NCBI GenBank assembly: GCA_024640885.1
Contig: JAHEEC010000009.1
Location: 2,773-66,772, forward strand
Length of the DNA stretch: 64,000 bases
Origin: Bacteroidota bacterium
GTDB taxonomy: Bacteria; Bacteroidota; Bacteroidia; Bacteroidales; GCA-2748055
Reading direction: 5' to 3'
A model generated the notes under the pieces. The model saw only the letters and a list, made by a program, of their open reading frames with translations. It ran no database searches and was not told the origin of the DNA. The number at the start of each line of letters is the position of its first letter. Positions within the stretch are counted from its first letter, which is position 1. This document shows, in pieces, positions 26,966-37,499 of this stretch. The position numbers and the translations under genes were made by a program.

Positions 26966-27874
26966 TTATAAAAAAGGAATAAACCGGGGTACCCGCTTTT
27001 TGTAGGCTTCATAATCCGGGTATTTTCCCGAAGAGATGGCTTCGCTGAAATTGCTGCTACCCCAGAAGAGCAGCACCAGCAGGATTGCACCCATCACGGA
27101 CCAGTTGATCCAGATCCCGGTTGCAGATACACTGAAGAAATAGATGACGATCCAGATGGCCTGCTCCGCACTGTAATTGGGATGGCGCACCATGCCCCAT
27201 AATCCGGTATCCACAAATCCCTTCTTAAACCGGTCAGGAAGGTCTCCGCCGCCGGCCTTCAGGCTCTTTTTCTCCTTGTGAAAGTTCCATTGTTGCTGAT
27301 CGGCCACTGTCTCCGCGATGACAAGCAAGATGATCAGTACGGCAAGGATATAATCGGCCCACCCCAGGGGTTTTCCTCCCATGCTTTTCAGGGCGGGAAG
27401 GGTGATGAGCAATACAAGCCCGAGCTGGTAGAGGGAGATGAACAGGAGGTTAAAGAGGGCCCATTTCCACCTGGCCGCAAATTCCGGTTTGCTTCTCAGC
27501 ACCGGCCAGCGGTAATCCTCTTCACCGCTCCAGAACTTCAGCGAATAACCACCCCTTCTTGAAAAGTTATAGGACAGCCTGATCCCCCATACAGATACCA
27601 CCGCGGCAATCAACAGGAGCCTTGGTTCGAACCCCGACTCCACGCAAATGATCCAGACGTACACCATGGGCAGGATGCTCCAAAGTTTATCCACCTGGCT
27701 GTGGTTATTGCTGATAGAACTTACTGTAAAACAGAGCGCTGCGGCAACCAGGTACACAATCACAAGGTGCATGAGCACAGATTTCTGGGCCACCCCCAGG
27801 GGCTCATCGAAAGTAAAGGCAAGGACCGGGATCACGATGATGGTCACCAGCAGGAAGAGAACGGTTTTCCACAT
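26966..27874 (-). CDS. DUF1295 / steroid 5-alpha-reductase-like membrane protein
   Basis: 302 aa, polytopic. The C-terminal block GLWGMVRHPNYSAEQAIWIVIYFF is typical of the DUF1295/ICMT-like family. Confidence 0.7.
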   Translation of the reverse strand: MWKTVLFLLVTIIVIPVLAFTFDEPLGVAQKSVLMHLVIVYLVAAALCFTVSSISNNHSQVDKLWSILPMVYVWIICVESGFEPRLLLIAAVVSVWGIRLSYNFSRRGGYSLKFWSGEEDYRWPVLRSKPEFAARWKWALFNLLFISLYQLGLVLLITLPALKSMGGKPLGWADYILAVLIILLVIAETVADQQQWNFHKEKKSLKAGGGDLPDRFKKGFVDTGLWGMVRHPNYSAEQAIWIVIYFFSVSATGIWINWSVMGAILLVLLFWGSSNFSEAISSGKYPDYEAYKKRVPRFIPFL

Positions 27875-27993
27875 TTTTAAAGCAGTTTAGGGTTAATGCA
27901 ACCCCATGTTTTTGGAAACAAGGGCAAACAAAAATAACAATTGATTTGAATTTTGGATGCGAGGGGGTGATGTGGCAAGCAACCATATTCTGT

Positions 27994-28001
27994 TATCTTT
28001 G
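27994..28001 (+). promoter_or_regulatory. Candidate -7 promoter box (TAnnTTTG)
   Basis: TATCTTTG lies 12 nt upstream of the ATG at 28013, in the divergent intergenic region. Confidence 0.25.
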
Positions 28002-28012
28002 GTTCTTTACTC

Positions 28013-31012
28013 ATGAAAGCACCTCAGATGAAACCGATCCTGACCATCCTTTTACTGGCCTCATTCGGGGCATTATTTTCCCAGGTTCCCGATGGGGGCA
28101 CCATGCTCAATTCCGAATCAGGCACCACCTACCAGAGTTTCGGCAACTCCACACTCACCGAAGTGGCGGTGACCGGACAGCCCTTTACCCAGGCCCTCAG
28201 GGTGGCTGTGGGAAGCAATGTATCCAATGCATGGGATGCACAACTCAAATTTCCAGCGGCGGCCGGAATTGAAGAAAATGACGTGGTCCTGGTGGCCTTT
28301 TATGCAAGAACCGTCTCTTCCATCCAGGAGACCGGGGAGGGAGAGGTGACGGTCTGTATCGAGGAGAATGTGAGCTACGCCAAGGAGCTCTATTATAAAA
28401 TTTCCATAGGCCAGGAGTGGAAAGAGTATTACGCCCCTGTGCAGATCACCAATACCCTTGATGCCTCATCCGTCAGTTATCTTTTCCACATTGGATATCC
28501 GTCCCAGACCATTGAGGTGGCCATGGTCAGGTTTCTCAATTATAAGAATACCAGGACCCTGGCTGAAATGCCCATTACCGAGATCACCTATATCGGCCAG
28601 GCACCCGATGCCTCCTGGAGGGCCCCGGCCGAGGAGCGGATCAACCAGATCCGGAAAGGGCGTGCCGACCTTGTGGTCTATGATGCACAGGGCCAGCCTG
28701 TCCAGGGCGCCGAGATCTCCATCGAGATGGTCAGTCACCAGTTTGGTTTCGGCACTGCCATTGCCGCCGGCACCTTTAACAGCAATGCCACCTACAGGGA
28801 GAAGGTGCTGGAGCTGTTCAATGAGGTGGTCTTCGAGAACGACCTGAAGTGGCCCCAGTTCGATCCAAACAGCAGCAATAATGCGCTCAATCTTGCATTC
28901 GATACCCTTGAGGCCCACCAGATCGGGGTGAGGGGCCACAATGTGATCTGGCCATCATTCAGAAACTGCCCCTCCTCTCTTGAGGCTTTGAGGGATAACC
29001 CTGTGGCCTTGAAAAATGCCATTGATAAACGCATCGACGATGTGACCGGCTTCACCAGCGGCAGGCTTATTGACTGGGATGTGATCAATGAACCTTATTC
29101 AGAACACGATCTCATGGACATCCTGGGAGATGAGGCCATGGCTGACTGGTTCAAAAGGGTGAGAAGATCGGACCGCAGGGCGAAACTTTACCTAAACGAT
29201 TATTCCATCCTGAGCGCCGGTGGTATCAACAAGAACCACCAGGATTACTATTACAATGTGATCCGATATATTGACAGCCTGGGCGGCGGGATTGAGGGGA
29301 TCGGCCTGCAGGGACATTTCGGAAGCGAGCTCACTCCCATTGCCCGGGTATATGAGATCCTTGAGAGGTATGCGGCCCTCGGGAAGGAGATGAAGATCAC
29401 CGAGCATGACATTGACCTGGTCCAGCGAGGGGTCCAGGCCGATTATACCCGTGATTTCATGACCATCCTGTTCAGCCACCCTTCGGTGAAATCCCTCCTG
29501 GTATGGGGATTCTGGGAGGGCCGGCACTGGAGGCCCGAAGCCGCTTTCTTCAGTGAAGACTGGAGCATCCGTCCCCATGGCCAGGTGTGGCAGGAGATGA
29601 TCTTTAACCGGTGGTGGACCCCTGCCATTGATGAATTATCGGGGGACCAGGGTGAGGCCGCTTTTGAAGGATTCCTGGGCACCTATGCATACACCGTTTC
29701 GGCCGGGGGGATGGAACGCAAGGGAACATTTACCCTTGATCATTCCTTCCAGAGCGGGGAGTCCAACCAGATTGTCATTTCCCTGGATCCATCGGTTCCC
29801 AATGAGGCGGTCATCGTCCCCTCCAGGCCCGGATTCCTTTGCCAGGGGGAACAGGTCACCCTTCAGGCCCCCGAAGGGACCGGCCTGGAGTATGCCTGGT
29901 ACCGGAACGATACACTGCTCAACGATCAATCCTCCGGGCTCCTCACAGGGACGGCCGGAAGCTATTCGGTGAAAGTAACCAAAAGCGGACTGGAACTTTT
30001 TTCTGCCCCTTACGTGCTGGAAGTGAGGGCCATGCCAGAATCCTCCATCGCTCTCTCGGGAAATCCCGCCCTATGCATGGGGGAGGGCATCACGCTGAGC
30101 ACCGACCCGGCAGTGGGCATACAGTATGAATGGATGGACGGCACCGTCAGGATCCAGGAACAGGTAACATCCATTGAAGTATTCGAACCGGGCCATTACA
30201 CTCTGGTCGCCAGCTCCAACGGATGCGAGGCCCTCTCCGGAACCGTGGAAGTCACTGTGGGACCCCTCTACGATATTCCCATCGAAGCCCTTGGGGATCT
30301 CTCTATATGCGAAGGTGAGGAAGTGGTATTGAGGACCGTTCCCGAACCGGGAAAGATCTATACCTGGAGAAACGGGGACTCCATTGTGGAAGCCGATAAT
30401 TTCCGGATTCATGCAAGTACGGGCGGTGCGTATCGCGTCTCCAGCATTACGGGAGGGTGTCAAAGCATTTCCGAGCCATTGAATGTGCAGGTCCTCCCTC
30501 TGCCGGAAGCCGTCATCACCTATACGGGTGACCTATCCCTCTGCCCGGGCACCACCCTGACCCTTGAGGCAAACACGGGAGCAGGCCTGGCCTATGCATG
30601 GCTGAAGGGTGAAACCGCCCTTGAAACCGTTGATCCTTTCCTTGAGGTGGGTGAAGGGGGAAGCTATACCCTGTTGACCGGCAACGCGGGATGTACCGCG
30701 ACCTCTGAGCCTGTGGTTGTTTCCCTGCTTTCTCCTGAAGATGCCCTCTGCACCACCGGCATTGATATGAACCCGGTGGGAGCCAGGATCTTTCCAAATC
30801 CCTTTAAAGGGAGTTTCCAGCTGGAACTGGATTCCCCTTCCCTTGCGGGTACCCGTCTTGAGATATTTGATGCCATGGGGAGACTGGTCGTAATAAATGA
30901 AGTGGTACCTGGAACGTCGCTGGTTCATGTGGCCCTTGCAGATCAGGGTATGTTCCTGGCGCGGCTTTACCGGGGAAGGGAATTTTACACTTTTAAGCTC
31001 ATCGCAGAGTAA
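28013..31012 (+). CDS. GH10 endo-1,4-beta-xylanase with N-terminal CBM-like domain, four Ig-like repeats and T9SS CTD
   Basis: 999 aa with a signal peptide. GH10 blocks are present: [31 protein letters not shown] (acid/base Glu) and ITEHDID (nucleophile Glu). Four ~78-aa repeats carry C.GE.v.L......G..Y.W (about 29815-30740). The C-terminal [14 protein letters not shown]...[10 protein letters not shown]...FKLIAE is a T9SS CTD. Confidence 0.85.
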   Translation: MKAPQMKPILTILLLASFGALFSQVPDGGTMLNSESGTTYQSFGNSTLTEVAVTGQPFTQALRVAVGSNVSNAWDAQLKFPAAAGIEENDVVLVAFYARTVSSIQETGEGEVTVCIEENVSYAKELYYKISIGQEWKEYYAPVQITNTLDASSVSYLFHIGYPSQTIEVAMVRFLNYKNTRTLAEMPITEITYIGQAPDASWRAPAEERINQIRKGRADLVVYDAQGQPVQGAEISIEMVSHQFGFGTAIAAGTFNSNATYREKVLELFNEVVFENDLKWPQFDPNSSNNALNLAFDTLEAHQIGVRGHNVIWPSFRNCPSSLEALRDNPVALKNAIDKRIDDVTGFTSGRLIDWDVINEPYSEHDLMDILGDEAMADWFKRVRRSDRRAKLYLNDYSILSAGGINKNHQDYYYNVIRYIDSLGGGIEGIGLQGHFGSELTPIARVYEILERYAALGKEMKITEHDIDLVQRGVQADYTRDFMTILFSHPSVKSLLVWGFWEGRHWRPEAAFFSEDWSIRPHGQVWQEMIFNRWWTPAIDELSGDQGEAAFEGFLGTYAYTVSAGGMERKGTFTLDHSFQSGESNQIVISLDPSVPNEAVIVPSRPGFLCQGEQVTLQAPEGTGLEYAWYRNDTLLNDQSSGLLTGTAGSYSVKVTKSGLELFSAPYVLEVRAMPESSIALSGNPALCMGEGITLSTDPAVGIQYEWMDGTVRIQEQVTSIEVFEPGHYTLVASSNGCEALSGTVEVTVGPLYDIPIEALGDLSICEGEEVVLRTVPEPGKIYTWRNGDSIVEADNFRIHASTGGAYRVSSITGGCQSISEPLNVQVLPLPEAVITYTGDLSLCPGTTLTLEANTGAGLAYAWLKGETALETVDPFLEVGEGGSYTLLTGNAGCTATSEPVVVSLLSPEDALCTTGIDMNPVGARIFPNPFKGSFQLELDSPSLAGTRLEIFDAMGRLVVINEVVPGTSLVHVALADQGMFLARLYRGREFYTFKLIAE

Positions 31013-32150
31013 CCGGTTTACGCGATCCGGCAGTGTGGGTCCTTCTTGCGCAGTGGGGCAGGTGATTGCCCGGCAGATCCCTGAATCCCATCTCCACGCA
31101 GGATTCAGGATCACAACAGGTGTAGCACACCCGTTTATAGGCTTGAAAATCAGATAATTCCACATCCGGAGAGAGAAAATCATCTTTCAGGGGTTCCTTC
31201 CTTAAAAGATCGGTGCTGAGGTATTTCTTGTTGTCGTCGGGAAAGACGGTGACAACGATCTTTTCCGGCCCGATGATCTGCTGGACCATCAGGGCCCCCA
31301 GAAAATTCGCCCCCGAGGATATCCCCACCCCGATCCCCAGCTGCCTGGCCAGCTTCTGTGCCATTAGGATGGCATCTCCATCATCCACACTCATCACCGG
31401 GTCAAGTTGATGGAGATCCATAATCTCCGGAACGAATTCATCGGAGATCCCCTGGATGCGATGCCTGCCCACCTTGCAACCGGTGGAAAGCGTGGGTGAG
31501 TTGGCCGGCTCCAGCGGGTATATCCGGATGGAAGGAGCTTGCTCTTTCAGGTACTTTCCCACCCCCATGATGGTTCCCCCGGTTCCCACTCCCGCCACAA
31601 AAGCATCGGGGATGAGTGACCGGAAACGCAATTGCCACCACAGTTCCGGACCGGTGGTCAGGTAGTGGGCTTCCACATTGTCTGCATTGGAAAACTGGCT
31701 GGGTAGAAATACACCCCCCGTGCCGCCTGCCTGGCTTTTCGCCAGGTCAATGCTCGCCAGAAAGCCCCCCTCCTCTTTGGATACCGGCCTGACCTCTGCC
31801 CCAAGGCTTTTCATCAGGTTGATCCGTTCCTCACTCAACCAGTCCGGCATGAAAATGCAAACACGGTGCCCAAGAGCCCTTCCCAGGGCAGAAAAACTGA
31901 TCCCGGTATTCCCGCTTGTGGCCTCAAATATGGAGTCTCCTGCCTTCAACCTTCCCTGGAGGTAAGCTTTACGCATGATATGAAATGCCATCCTGTCTTT
32001 GATGCTCCCGGTCATATTCAGGTGTTCGGCCTTGGCATAAATGGACCGCGGTTCACCTCTGAAGGTGAAGTTGATCCTGAGCATCGGCGTGTTCCCGATC
32101 AACGCGCCGAGTCCCCATAGACGCTTCTCCTGGGCTGTTTCAATCTCCAT
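30999..32150 (-). CDS. PLP-dependent cysteine synthase family protein with Cys/His-rich C-terminal extension
   Basis: 383 aa. It has the PLP-lysine motif [11 protein letters not shown], the SGNTG loop, [14 protein letters not shown] and a C-terminal [15 protein letters not shown] as in CysK/CysM. About 60 extra residues then contain [10 protein letters not shown]...HLPHC. Its 3' end overlaps the xylanase 3' end by 14 nt (convergent). Confidence 0.85.
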   Translation of the reverse strand: MEIETAQEKRLWGLGALIGNTPMLRINFTFRGEPRSIYAKAEHLNMTGSIKDRMAFHIMRKAYLQGRLKAGDSIFEATSGNTGISFSALGRALGHRVCIFMPDWLSEERINLMKSLGAEVRPVSKEEGGFLASIDLAKSQAGGTGGVFLPSQFSNADNVEAHYLTTGPELWWQLRFRSLIPDAFVAGVGTGGTIMGVGKYLKEQAPSIRIYPLEPANSPTLSTGCKVGRHRIQGISDEFVPEIMDLHQLDPVMSVDDGDAILMAQKLARQLGIGVGISSGANFLGALMVQQIIGPEKIVVTVFPDDNKKYLSTDLLRKEPLKDDFLSPDVELSDFQAYKRVCYTCCDPESCVEMGFRDLPGNHLPHCARRTHTAGSRKPVTLR

Positions 32151-32357
32151 ATTGGAATTCTGTTTTCAGATTAACCGGAGGAATGTAAGATAATGATAAT
32201 CACGCTCCGGATTCCCCCTGAAAGGTGCATTTTTTGTGCTTTGTGACAGCAAAGCCTGTGGATTTTAATCCTTTTTTAATCTCATTTTCATGGTTGATTC
32301 ACATTGCAATGGATGTTTTCATATACTTTTACCCCTTCATTTCATATTTTGCAATTC

Positions 32358-33287
32358 ATGAGGGAAAAAATATTGTTATTCGTTTTTGCGCTGCTTCTTA
32401 TATCGTGTGAACAGGAGGCCCAGGAGCCTGAATTTTCGAGGGCTCCGGTGGATATCAATGCTTTGCCCTTGCAACTGGGACTGGACAGCGTTCAATCGCT
32501 CAGGACCCTGATCGATCCTGCCTTCCAGGCCGACCTCGAACGAACGATCAATTCCAATGCAAAATGGAAAAGGCTGGTGGAGCAGCGGAGAATGGCAGTT
32601 GGCCTGGTGGATCTGAGCGATCCGTACCACCCCATATACGCCAGGATGAACGGCAATGTGATGATGTATGCCGCCAGCCTGCCCAAGATCGCCATCCTGC
32701 TGGCCACCATGGACGCCCTTGAAAAGGGAGAGCTGGAGGATACACCCGAAATAAGAGAGAAAATGCACCTGATGATCAGCCGTTCCAGCAATACGGCCTC
32801 CACTGAATTGATGGACATGCTGGGGTACGAAAAGATTGAAAGTGTGCTGACCGATCCGAAATATGATCTTTACGATGAAGATTACGGGGGAGGCCTCTGG
32901 GTTGGGAAACGATATGCCAAGACCGGTGAGCGCTATCCTGACCCGCTGAGGGGAATCAGCCACGGTGCAACCGTCACACAGGTATGCCGTTACTATTACC
33001 TGATGGCCTATGGTAAACTGATCAGTTTCGATCGTTCAAAAGAGATGCTAGATTTAATGGCAAATCCCGAACTTCATCATAAATTTGTAGCTAACCTGGA
33101 AAAGATCGCCCCACAAGCCAGGCTTTACAGGAAGTCAGGTACCTGGAAAAACTATCATGCAGATTCTGTGCTGGTATGGGGTCCGGAGCGAAGGTATATC
33201 CTGGTGGCATTGCTGGAAGATACAGACGGCGAGAAGATCCTTCGTGACCTGGTTTTGGTGGCAGATAACCTGCTGAAGACAAGATAA
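32358..33287 (+). CDS. Class-A beta-lactamase-fold serine hydrolase lipoprotein
   Basis: The ATG at 32358 gives lipoprotein signal MREKILLFVFALLLIS|C followed by EQEAQEPE. The ORF-track start at 32304 is TTG and adds a non-signal extension. Motifs are S-x-x-K (AASLPKI), S-x-N (RSSNTAS) and K-S-G (RKSGTW). Confidence 0.65.
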   Translation: MREKILLFVFALLLISCEQEAQEPEFSRAPVDINALPLQLGLDSVQSLRTLIDPAFQADLERTINSNAKWKRLVEQRRMAVGLVDLSDPYHPIYARMNGNVMMYAASLPKIAILLATMDALEKGELEDTPEIREKMHLMISRSSNTASTELMDMLGYEKIESVLTDPKYDLYDEDYGGGLWVGKRYAKTGERYPDPLRGISHGATVTQVCRYYYLMAYGKLISFDRSKEMLDLMANPELHHKFVANLEKIAPQARLYRKSGTWKNYHADSVLVWGPERRYILVALLEDTDGEKILRDLVLVADNLLKTR

Positions 33288-33324
33288 TCAATAGGATGGG
33301 CGGTGACTGAGCCCCCGTGGATCA

Positions 33325-36174
33325 ATGATATTTCAAATAGATAACCTAAAGGATCTATTTCAAAAGACCTTCGATGTTCGGGAAGGAGAATTCCGCAGGG
33401 CTTTTCTGATGCAGCTGAATATATTTCTGCTCATCTCCACACTGCTGATCATCAAACCCACCATTAATTCTCTCTTCCTGACCAATGTGGGCATTGAAAA
33501 ACTGCCCCTTGCCTTTATCCTTGTGGCAGTGGTGGCAGGAATTATCATGTCCTTCTATTCCCGGTGGCTTAGGGCCTATTCCCTGGAGAGGGTCATCCAC
33601 TATACCCTGCTTGTTTCAGTGGGGACCATCACCCTGTTTGCATTGTTGCTCCGGCTTAATTACGTGGAAAAATGGGTACTCTATTTATTCTACGTATGGG
33701 TATCGGTTTTCGGGGTATTGTCAGCGTCACAATTCTGGATTTTTGCAAACATCGTATTCAATGCACGGGAAGCCAAAAGACTGTTTGGCCTTATCGGCAG
33801 CGGAGCCATCGTCGGCGGCATTTTCGGGGGCTACCTCGCCTCTTTGCTTGCCCCGTTGATGGGAAGTGAAAACCTTCTCTTCGTAGGTGCATTGATGCTG
33901 CTCATCGGCATGTTTGTCAACAAGGCCATCTGGAAAAGCCCTGAATTTGCAAGCAAGTCCTTTGGCAGGCAAAAAAGGCGGATGGACAAAATGGCCACGC
34001 GCCCCCTTCGGCTGATCAGGGACTCCAGGCACCTCACATACCTTGCCCTGATTACGGTGTTTGCTGTGCTGGTGGCGCGGCTGGTGGATTACCAGTTCAG
34101 TGCCATCTCTTCAGCCAAAATCGCCGATGAAGATGAACTGACTGCATTTTTTGGGTTCTGGTTCTCCAACTTTAATATAATCTCTCTCCTGATCCAGCTT
34201 TTTCTCACCCGGAGGGTAGTGGGGGTATTCGGTGTGGGGCTCTCCCTCTATATCCTCCCCTTCGGCCTGATGATCGGGGCCCTCGCGGTCTTCTTCGTGC
34301 CCGGGCTCTGGTCAGCCATTTTCATCAAATCTGTGGACGGCAGCCTGAAACAATCCATCAACAAATCGGCAGTGGAGTTGCTTGCCCTTCCACTCCCAAC
34401 CGATGTGAAGAACCAGGCCAAGAGCTTTATCGATGTGGTGGTGGACAGCCTGGCCACCGGACTTAGTGGCATTATTCTGGTGACCCTGGTCAACGGGCTC
34501 GATCTCTCGGCCCGTTTTATCAGCCTCTCCATTCTCCTGATGATTCTCCTATGGTTCTATTTCGCCACAAAGGTGAGAAAGGAGTATATCTTGCTGTTCA
34601 AGTACAAACTCAAACAATTCCGCACAGACAATCAGCGAACGTTGATGGATATCTCCGAAGAATCGGTTTTCGGAGGGCTCCAGAAGGTTCTTGAGACCGG
34701 TACACACAAGCAGATCCTCTATGTGCTCCATAAAACCGATGACATATGGCATGAGAAACTTTTCCAGAGCCTTCGGAACCTCCTGAAACACGATGTCCCT
34801 GAAATAAGGGCCGAAGCATTGAGGAAGTTGTATCACTATAAAACCGAAAATATTGTCAATGAGGTCAACCTGATGGTCCACGACAAAGACTATCACGTGA
34901 AGGTGGCTGCCATTGAATACCTCATAGAACACTCCCCCGGACAAAGAAATGGAATCATCACCAAGTATCTGAACGACAAGGATTACCGGGTTAGTGGCGC
35001 CACTTTATTAAGCCTGGTGAATGAGATCAGGGACAACCCCGAATTGAAGGAGTATTTTCAACTGGAGAACCTGATCCGCGAGAGACTGGGCAGGATTAAG
35101 AAAACCACCGATCCGGAAGAGCTCACCTTCAGGACCGTCAACATCCTGAGGATCATTGGACGGGCCGGGCTACCGAAATTTTATCCTTTCATCCACGAAT
35201 CCTTTCACTCAAAGAACCGGGAAATAGGAAAACAAGCCATCTTATCGGCTGGCCAGACCCTGGACCGGGAATTTATCCCGGTCCTGTTGGGCTTTCTCAG
35301 GGATAAAAAGACAGAGGAGAGTGCCATCCTATCGCTGGCAGGTTTTGAGAATGACCTGTTCGGACATCTGGAAATGTTGTTGAGCGGACCCGAATGGGAT
35401 GCGGTTGTGATCCTTCAGATCCCAAAAGTGCTCGAACGGATCGGAACGCAACAATCTGTGAACTTTCTTTTTACACTGCTTGATTCCGGGGATATGGAGG
35501 TGAGATCCCAGGCCCTAAACTCCTTGATAAAACTGAAAATAGAATACCCCCATCTCCTGTTTAATAAAAAACAGATCATTCATTCCATCCTGGAAGAGGC
35601 GAAACTTCATCTCGACACACTGTCAGCGCTCTATGTACAACAAAAAGGGATGAAACAGGATCATCAGGTCCCCTCCGCAGCAAGTGAAAGTGAAATCTAT
35701 GAGGCAAGGAAGAACCTGATCGCCTTACTGGAGCAGGGTCTGGATGACAACCTGGAGAGGATATTTAAATTATTGGAACTCAAATATCCTCCGGATGAAA
35801 TTGATACAGTGTACCAGAATATCAAGAGTGAAAAATCCGATCTCCGGGTCAACGCCATCGAATTCCTGGACAACCTGCTGGAGGTCAATTTGAAGAAGAT
35901 CCTCATCCCGATCATTGAAACGGTCATGGTCGATACGGTCACCCAGGAGACCCTGAAGAATCTTAACATCAGGATCACCAGCCAGTTCGATTGTCTTGAT
36001 ATGTTGCTCCGCGGAAAGGACGATCAGCTGAAGATCGCCGTATTTAAGCTGGTTTCGACACTCCGGGATAATCAGTATGCCGCCCTTGTCAGGCCATACG
36101 CTGATCACCGCAACCCGAAACTCAGATCATCTGCCCTCCGGACCCTTAAGTTGCTGGAGAACCCGAGCTCTTAA
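33325..36174 (+). CDS. TLC (Npt1/Npt2 ATP:ADP antiporter)-like / MFS-type transporter fused to a C-terminal HEAT-repeat domain
   Basis: 949 aa. The N-terminal ~430 aa has 11-12 hydrophobic segments. Its start (REGEFRRAFLMQLNIFLLISTLLIIKPTINSLFLTNVGIEKLPLAFILVA) resembles nucleotide-transporter (TLC) family N-termini. The C-terminal ~500 aa has at least 8 HEAT-like units (HDVPEIRAEALRKL, HDKDYHVKVAAIEYL, NDKDYRVSGATLLSL, DSGDMEVRSQALNSL, SEKSDLRVNAIEFL, DHRNPKLRSSALRTL). Confidence 0.6.
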   Translation: MIFQIDNLKDLFQKTFDVREGEFRRAFLMQLNIFLLISTLLIIKPTINSLFLTNVGIEKLPLAFILVAVVAGIIMSFYSRWLRAYSLERVIHYTLLVSVGTITLFALLLRLNYVEKWVLYLFYVWVSVFGVLSASQFWIFANIVFNAREAKRLFGLIGSGAIVGGIFGGYLASLLAPLMGSENLLFVGALMLLIGMFVNKAIWKSPEFASKSFGRQKRRMDKMATRPLRLIRDSRHLTYLALITVFAVLVARLVDYQFSAISSAKIADEDELTAFFGFWFSNFNIISLLIQLFLTRRVVGVFGVGLSLYILPFGLMIGALAVFFVPGLWSAIFIKSVDGSLKQSINKSAVELLALPLPTDVKNQAKSFIDVVVDSLATGLSGIILVTLVNGLDLSARFISLSILLMILLWFYFATKVRKEYILLFKYKLKQFRTDNQRTLMDISEESVFGGLQKVLETGTHKQILYVLHKTDDIWHEKLFQSLRNLLKHDVPEIRAEALRKLYHYKTENIVNEVNLMVHDKDYHVKVAAIEYLIEHSPGQRNGIITKYLNDKDYRVSGATLLSLVNEIRDNPELKEYFQLENLIRERLGRIKKTTDPEELTFRTVNILRIIGRAGLPKFYPFIHESFHSKNREIGKQAILSAGQTLDREFIPVLLGFLRDKKTEESAILSLAGFENDLFGHLEMLLSGPEWDAVVILQIPKVLERIGTQQSVNFLFTLLDSGDMEVRSQALNSLIKLKIEYPHLLFNKKQIIHSILEEAKLHLDTLSALYVQQKGMKQDHQVPSAASESEIYEARKNLIALLEQGLDDNLERIFKLLELKYPPDEIDTVYQNIKSEKSDLRVNAIEFLDNLLEVNLKKILIPIIETVMVDTVTQETLKNLNIRITSQFDCLDMLLRGKDDQLKIAVFKLVSTLRDNQYAALVRPYADHRNPKLRSSALRTLKLLENPSS

Positions 36175-36214
36175 CCTTTTTTCAACCAACGGCAGTATAT
36201 CGATCAGGATAACG

Positions 36215-37489
36215 CTATTTTCTTACTGCCTGGTCGATCCTTGCTGCCAGGGCATTATGGTCCGATGATGAATTCTTTTTCAATACATTGGACATCAACG
36301 CCACCATATAGGTGGTTCCATCGGGATGTTCTACGATGATGACCGAATTCATGTAATTACTTACGTTCCCCATGTATTTTGCACAGGTATACCCCTCCTC
36401 CTGCTTGCACTGGTACATACTTCCCGATTTGAAATAGACCGATGCGTTGGTCAGGGACCATGAAGAGGCATACCTGATGCGGGTGGCCGTCATGTAAAGG
36501 AGCCTTTTAATCTCAAGGCTCGATGGTTCATCCACGATCTTTCCCCGTTCAAGGGCCACCAGGTACTTCATCAGTCCATAGGGGCTTGCAGAACTTCCCC
36601 CGGAGCCGGGAACGATCTTTTTGGCCTCTCCCGTAAACAAGCTTCCAAGTTTCCACTCATCCCTGGTAATCCCGGCCTCATTGACAGGAGTGTTCACCAC
36701 TTCAACGGCCAGTTCTGAGAGCTGGCTCCGTGATATTTTGCTGAAATAGAGGTCGGCTTCCTCCTCGGAAAGGGAGGTGTAGCCCGATCCGAAAACGTGC
36801 ATCAGGATGGTTTCTCTCCAAATAACGTTGGCCGCACCATTATTACTGGCCGACAGCATGTGATCGACCCATTCATAGAGTGAAAAGATATCACTCTCCC
36901 TTACTGTCCTTCTGACCATTTTTTTGTCCACGGTATCAAAGACCGGGACCACATGTTCGTCATAGACGGCCCACTTCCCCCCCTTTACCAATCTGTTCTT
37001 CAGCAACTCCTGCCTCTTTTCAAAGGACTCCGGGTAGATCTTCTGCAATTCATTGAACAGGCCGGCCACCACCACCAGCTTTCCCACACTGCCCGGTTGA
37101 AATTGTTTCTTCTCCTGTGTACAGGCATACCTCATGGGACGACCGGGAGTAACATCCATTACAGTCATTGAATAACTCTCATGCAGGTTGGGGAAAATTG
37201 CATCGATGGATTTCTGCAGTTTCGGATCCACCGCAGGAAATGTACTGAGGCTGTCCCCCCTGCTTCCGGTCAGCTTCAGTTTTATATCAACGGTCGGGAG
37301 GAAGGCCCCTTTGGCAGGGAGGTTGGCCTTGATCTCGCCTTTCATGACAAGCTGCAGGTAAAGCAGCCGCCTGATCCCGGTCCAGGCATATCCATCAATG
37401 GGATAGGCCAGGAGACCCCGGGGGACCACCATTCCCACAATAAACACCAACAGGAGGATCCTCTCCCTGATTTTCAACATCTTTCTCAT
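36215..37489 (-). CDS. Class-A beta-lactamase-fold serine hydrolase, secreted
   Basis: The ATG at 37489 gives signal MRKMLKIRERILLLVFIVGMVVPRGLLA|YP. The ORF-track start at 37519 is TTG and would overlap the upstream gene. Motifs are S-x-x-K (PGSVGKLVV), S-x-N (SASNNGA) and K-S-G (FKSGSM). It starts 10 nt after the PEP-utilizer-like gene. Confidence 0.6.
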   Translation of the reverse strand: MRKMLKIRERILLLVFIVGMVVPRGLLAYPIDGYAWTGIRRLLYLQLVMKGEIKANLPAKGAFLPTVDIKLKLTGSRGDSLSTFPAVDPKLQKSIDAIFPNLHESYSMTVMDVTPGRPMRYACTQEKKQFQPGSVGKLVVVAGLFNELQKIYPESFEKRQELLKNRLVKGGKWAVYDEHVVPVFDTVDKKMVRRTVRESDIFSLYEWVDHMLSASNNGAANVIWRETILMHVFGSGYTSLSEEEADLYFSKISRSQLSELAVEVVNTPVNEAGITRDEWKLGSLFTGEAKKIVPGSGGSSASPYGLMKYLVALERGKIVDEPSSLEIKRLLYMTATRIRYASSWSLTNASVYFKSGSMYQCKQEEGYTCAKYMGNVSNYMNSVIIVEHPDGTTYMVALMSNVLKKNSSSDHNALAARIDQAVRK

Positions 37490-37499
37490 CTGAATTGTT

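Noticed and set aside
30533-31183. A 216-aa minus-strand ORF overlapping the xylanase 3' region and the cysteine-synthase tail.
   Set aside because: It is out of frame with both supported genes and low in complexity. The cysteine-synthase frame explains the open reading in this area.
32304-32357. An upstream TTG-initiated extension of the beta-lactamase-fold lipoprotein ORF.
   Set aside because: The extension (MQWMFSYTFTPSFHILQF) precedes a perfect lipoprotein signal starting at ATG 32358. The shorter start is preferred.
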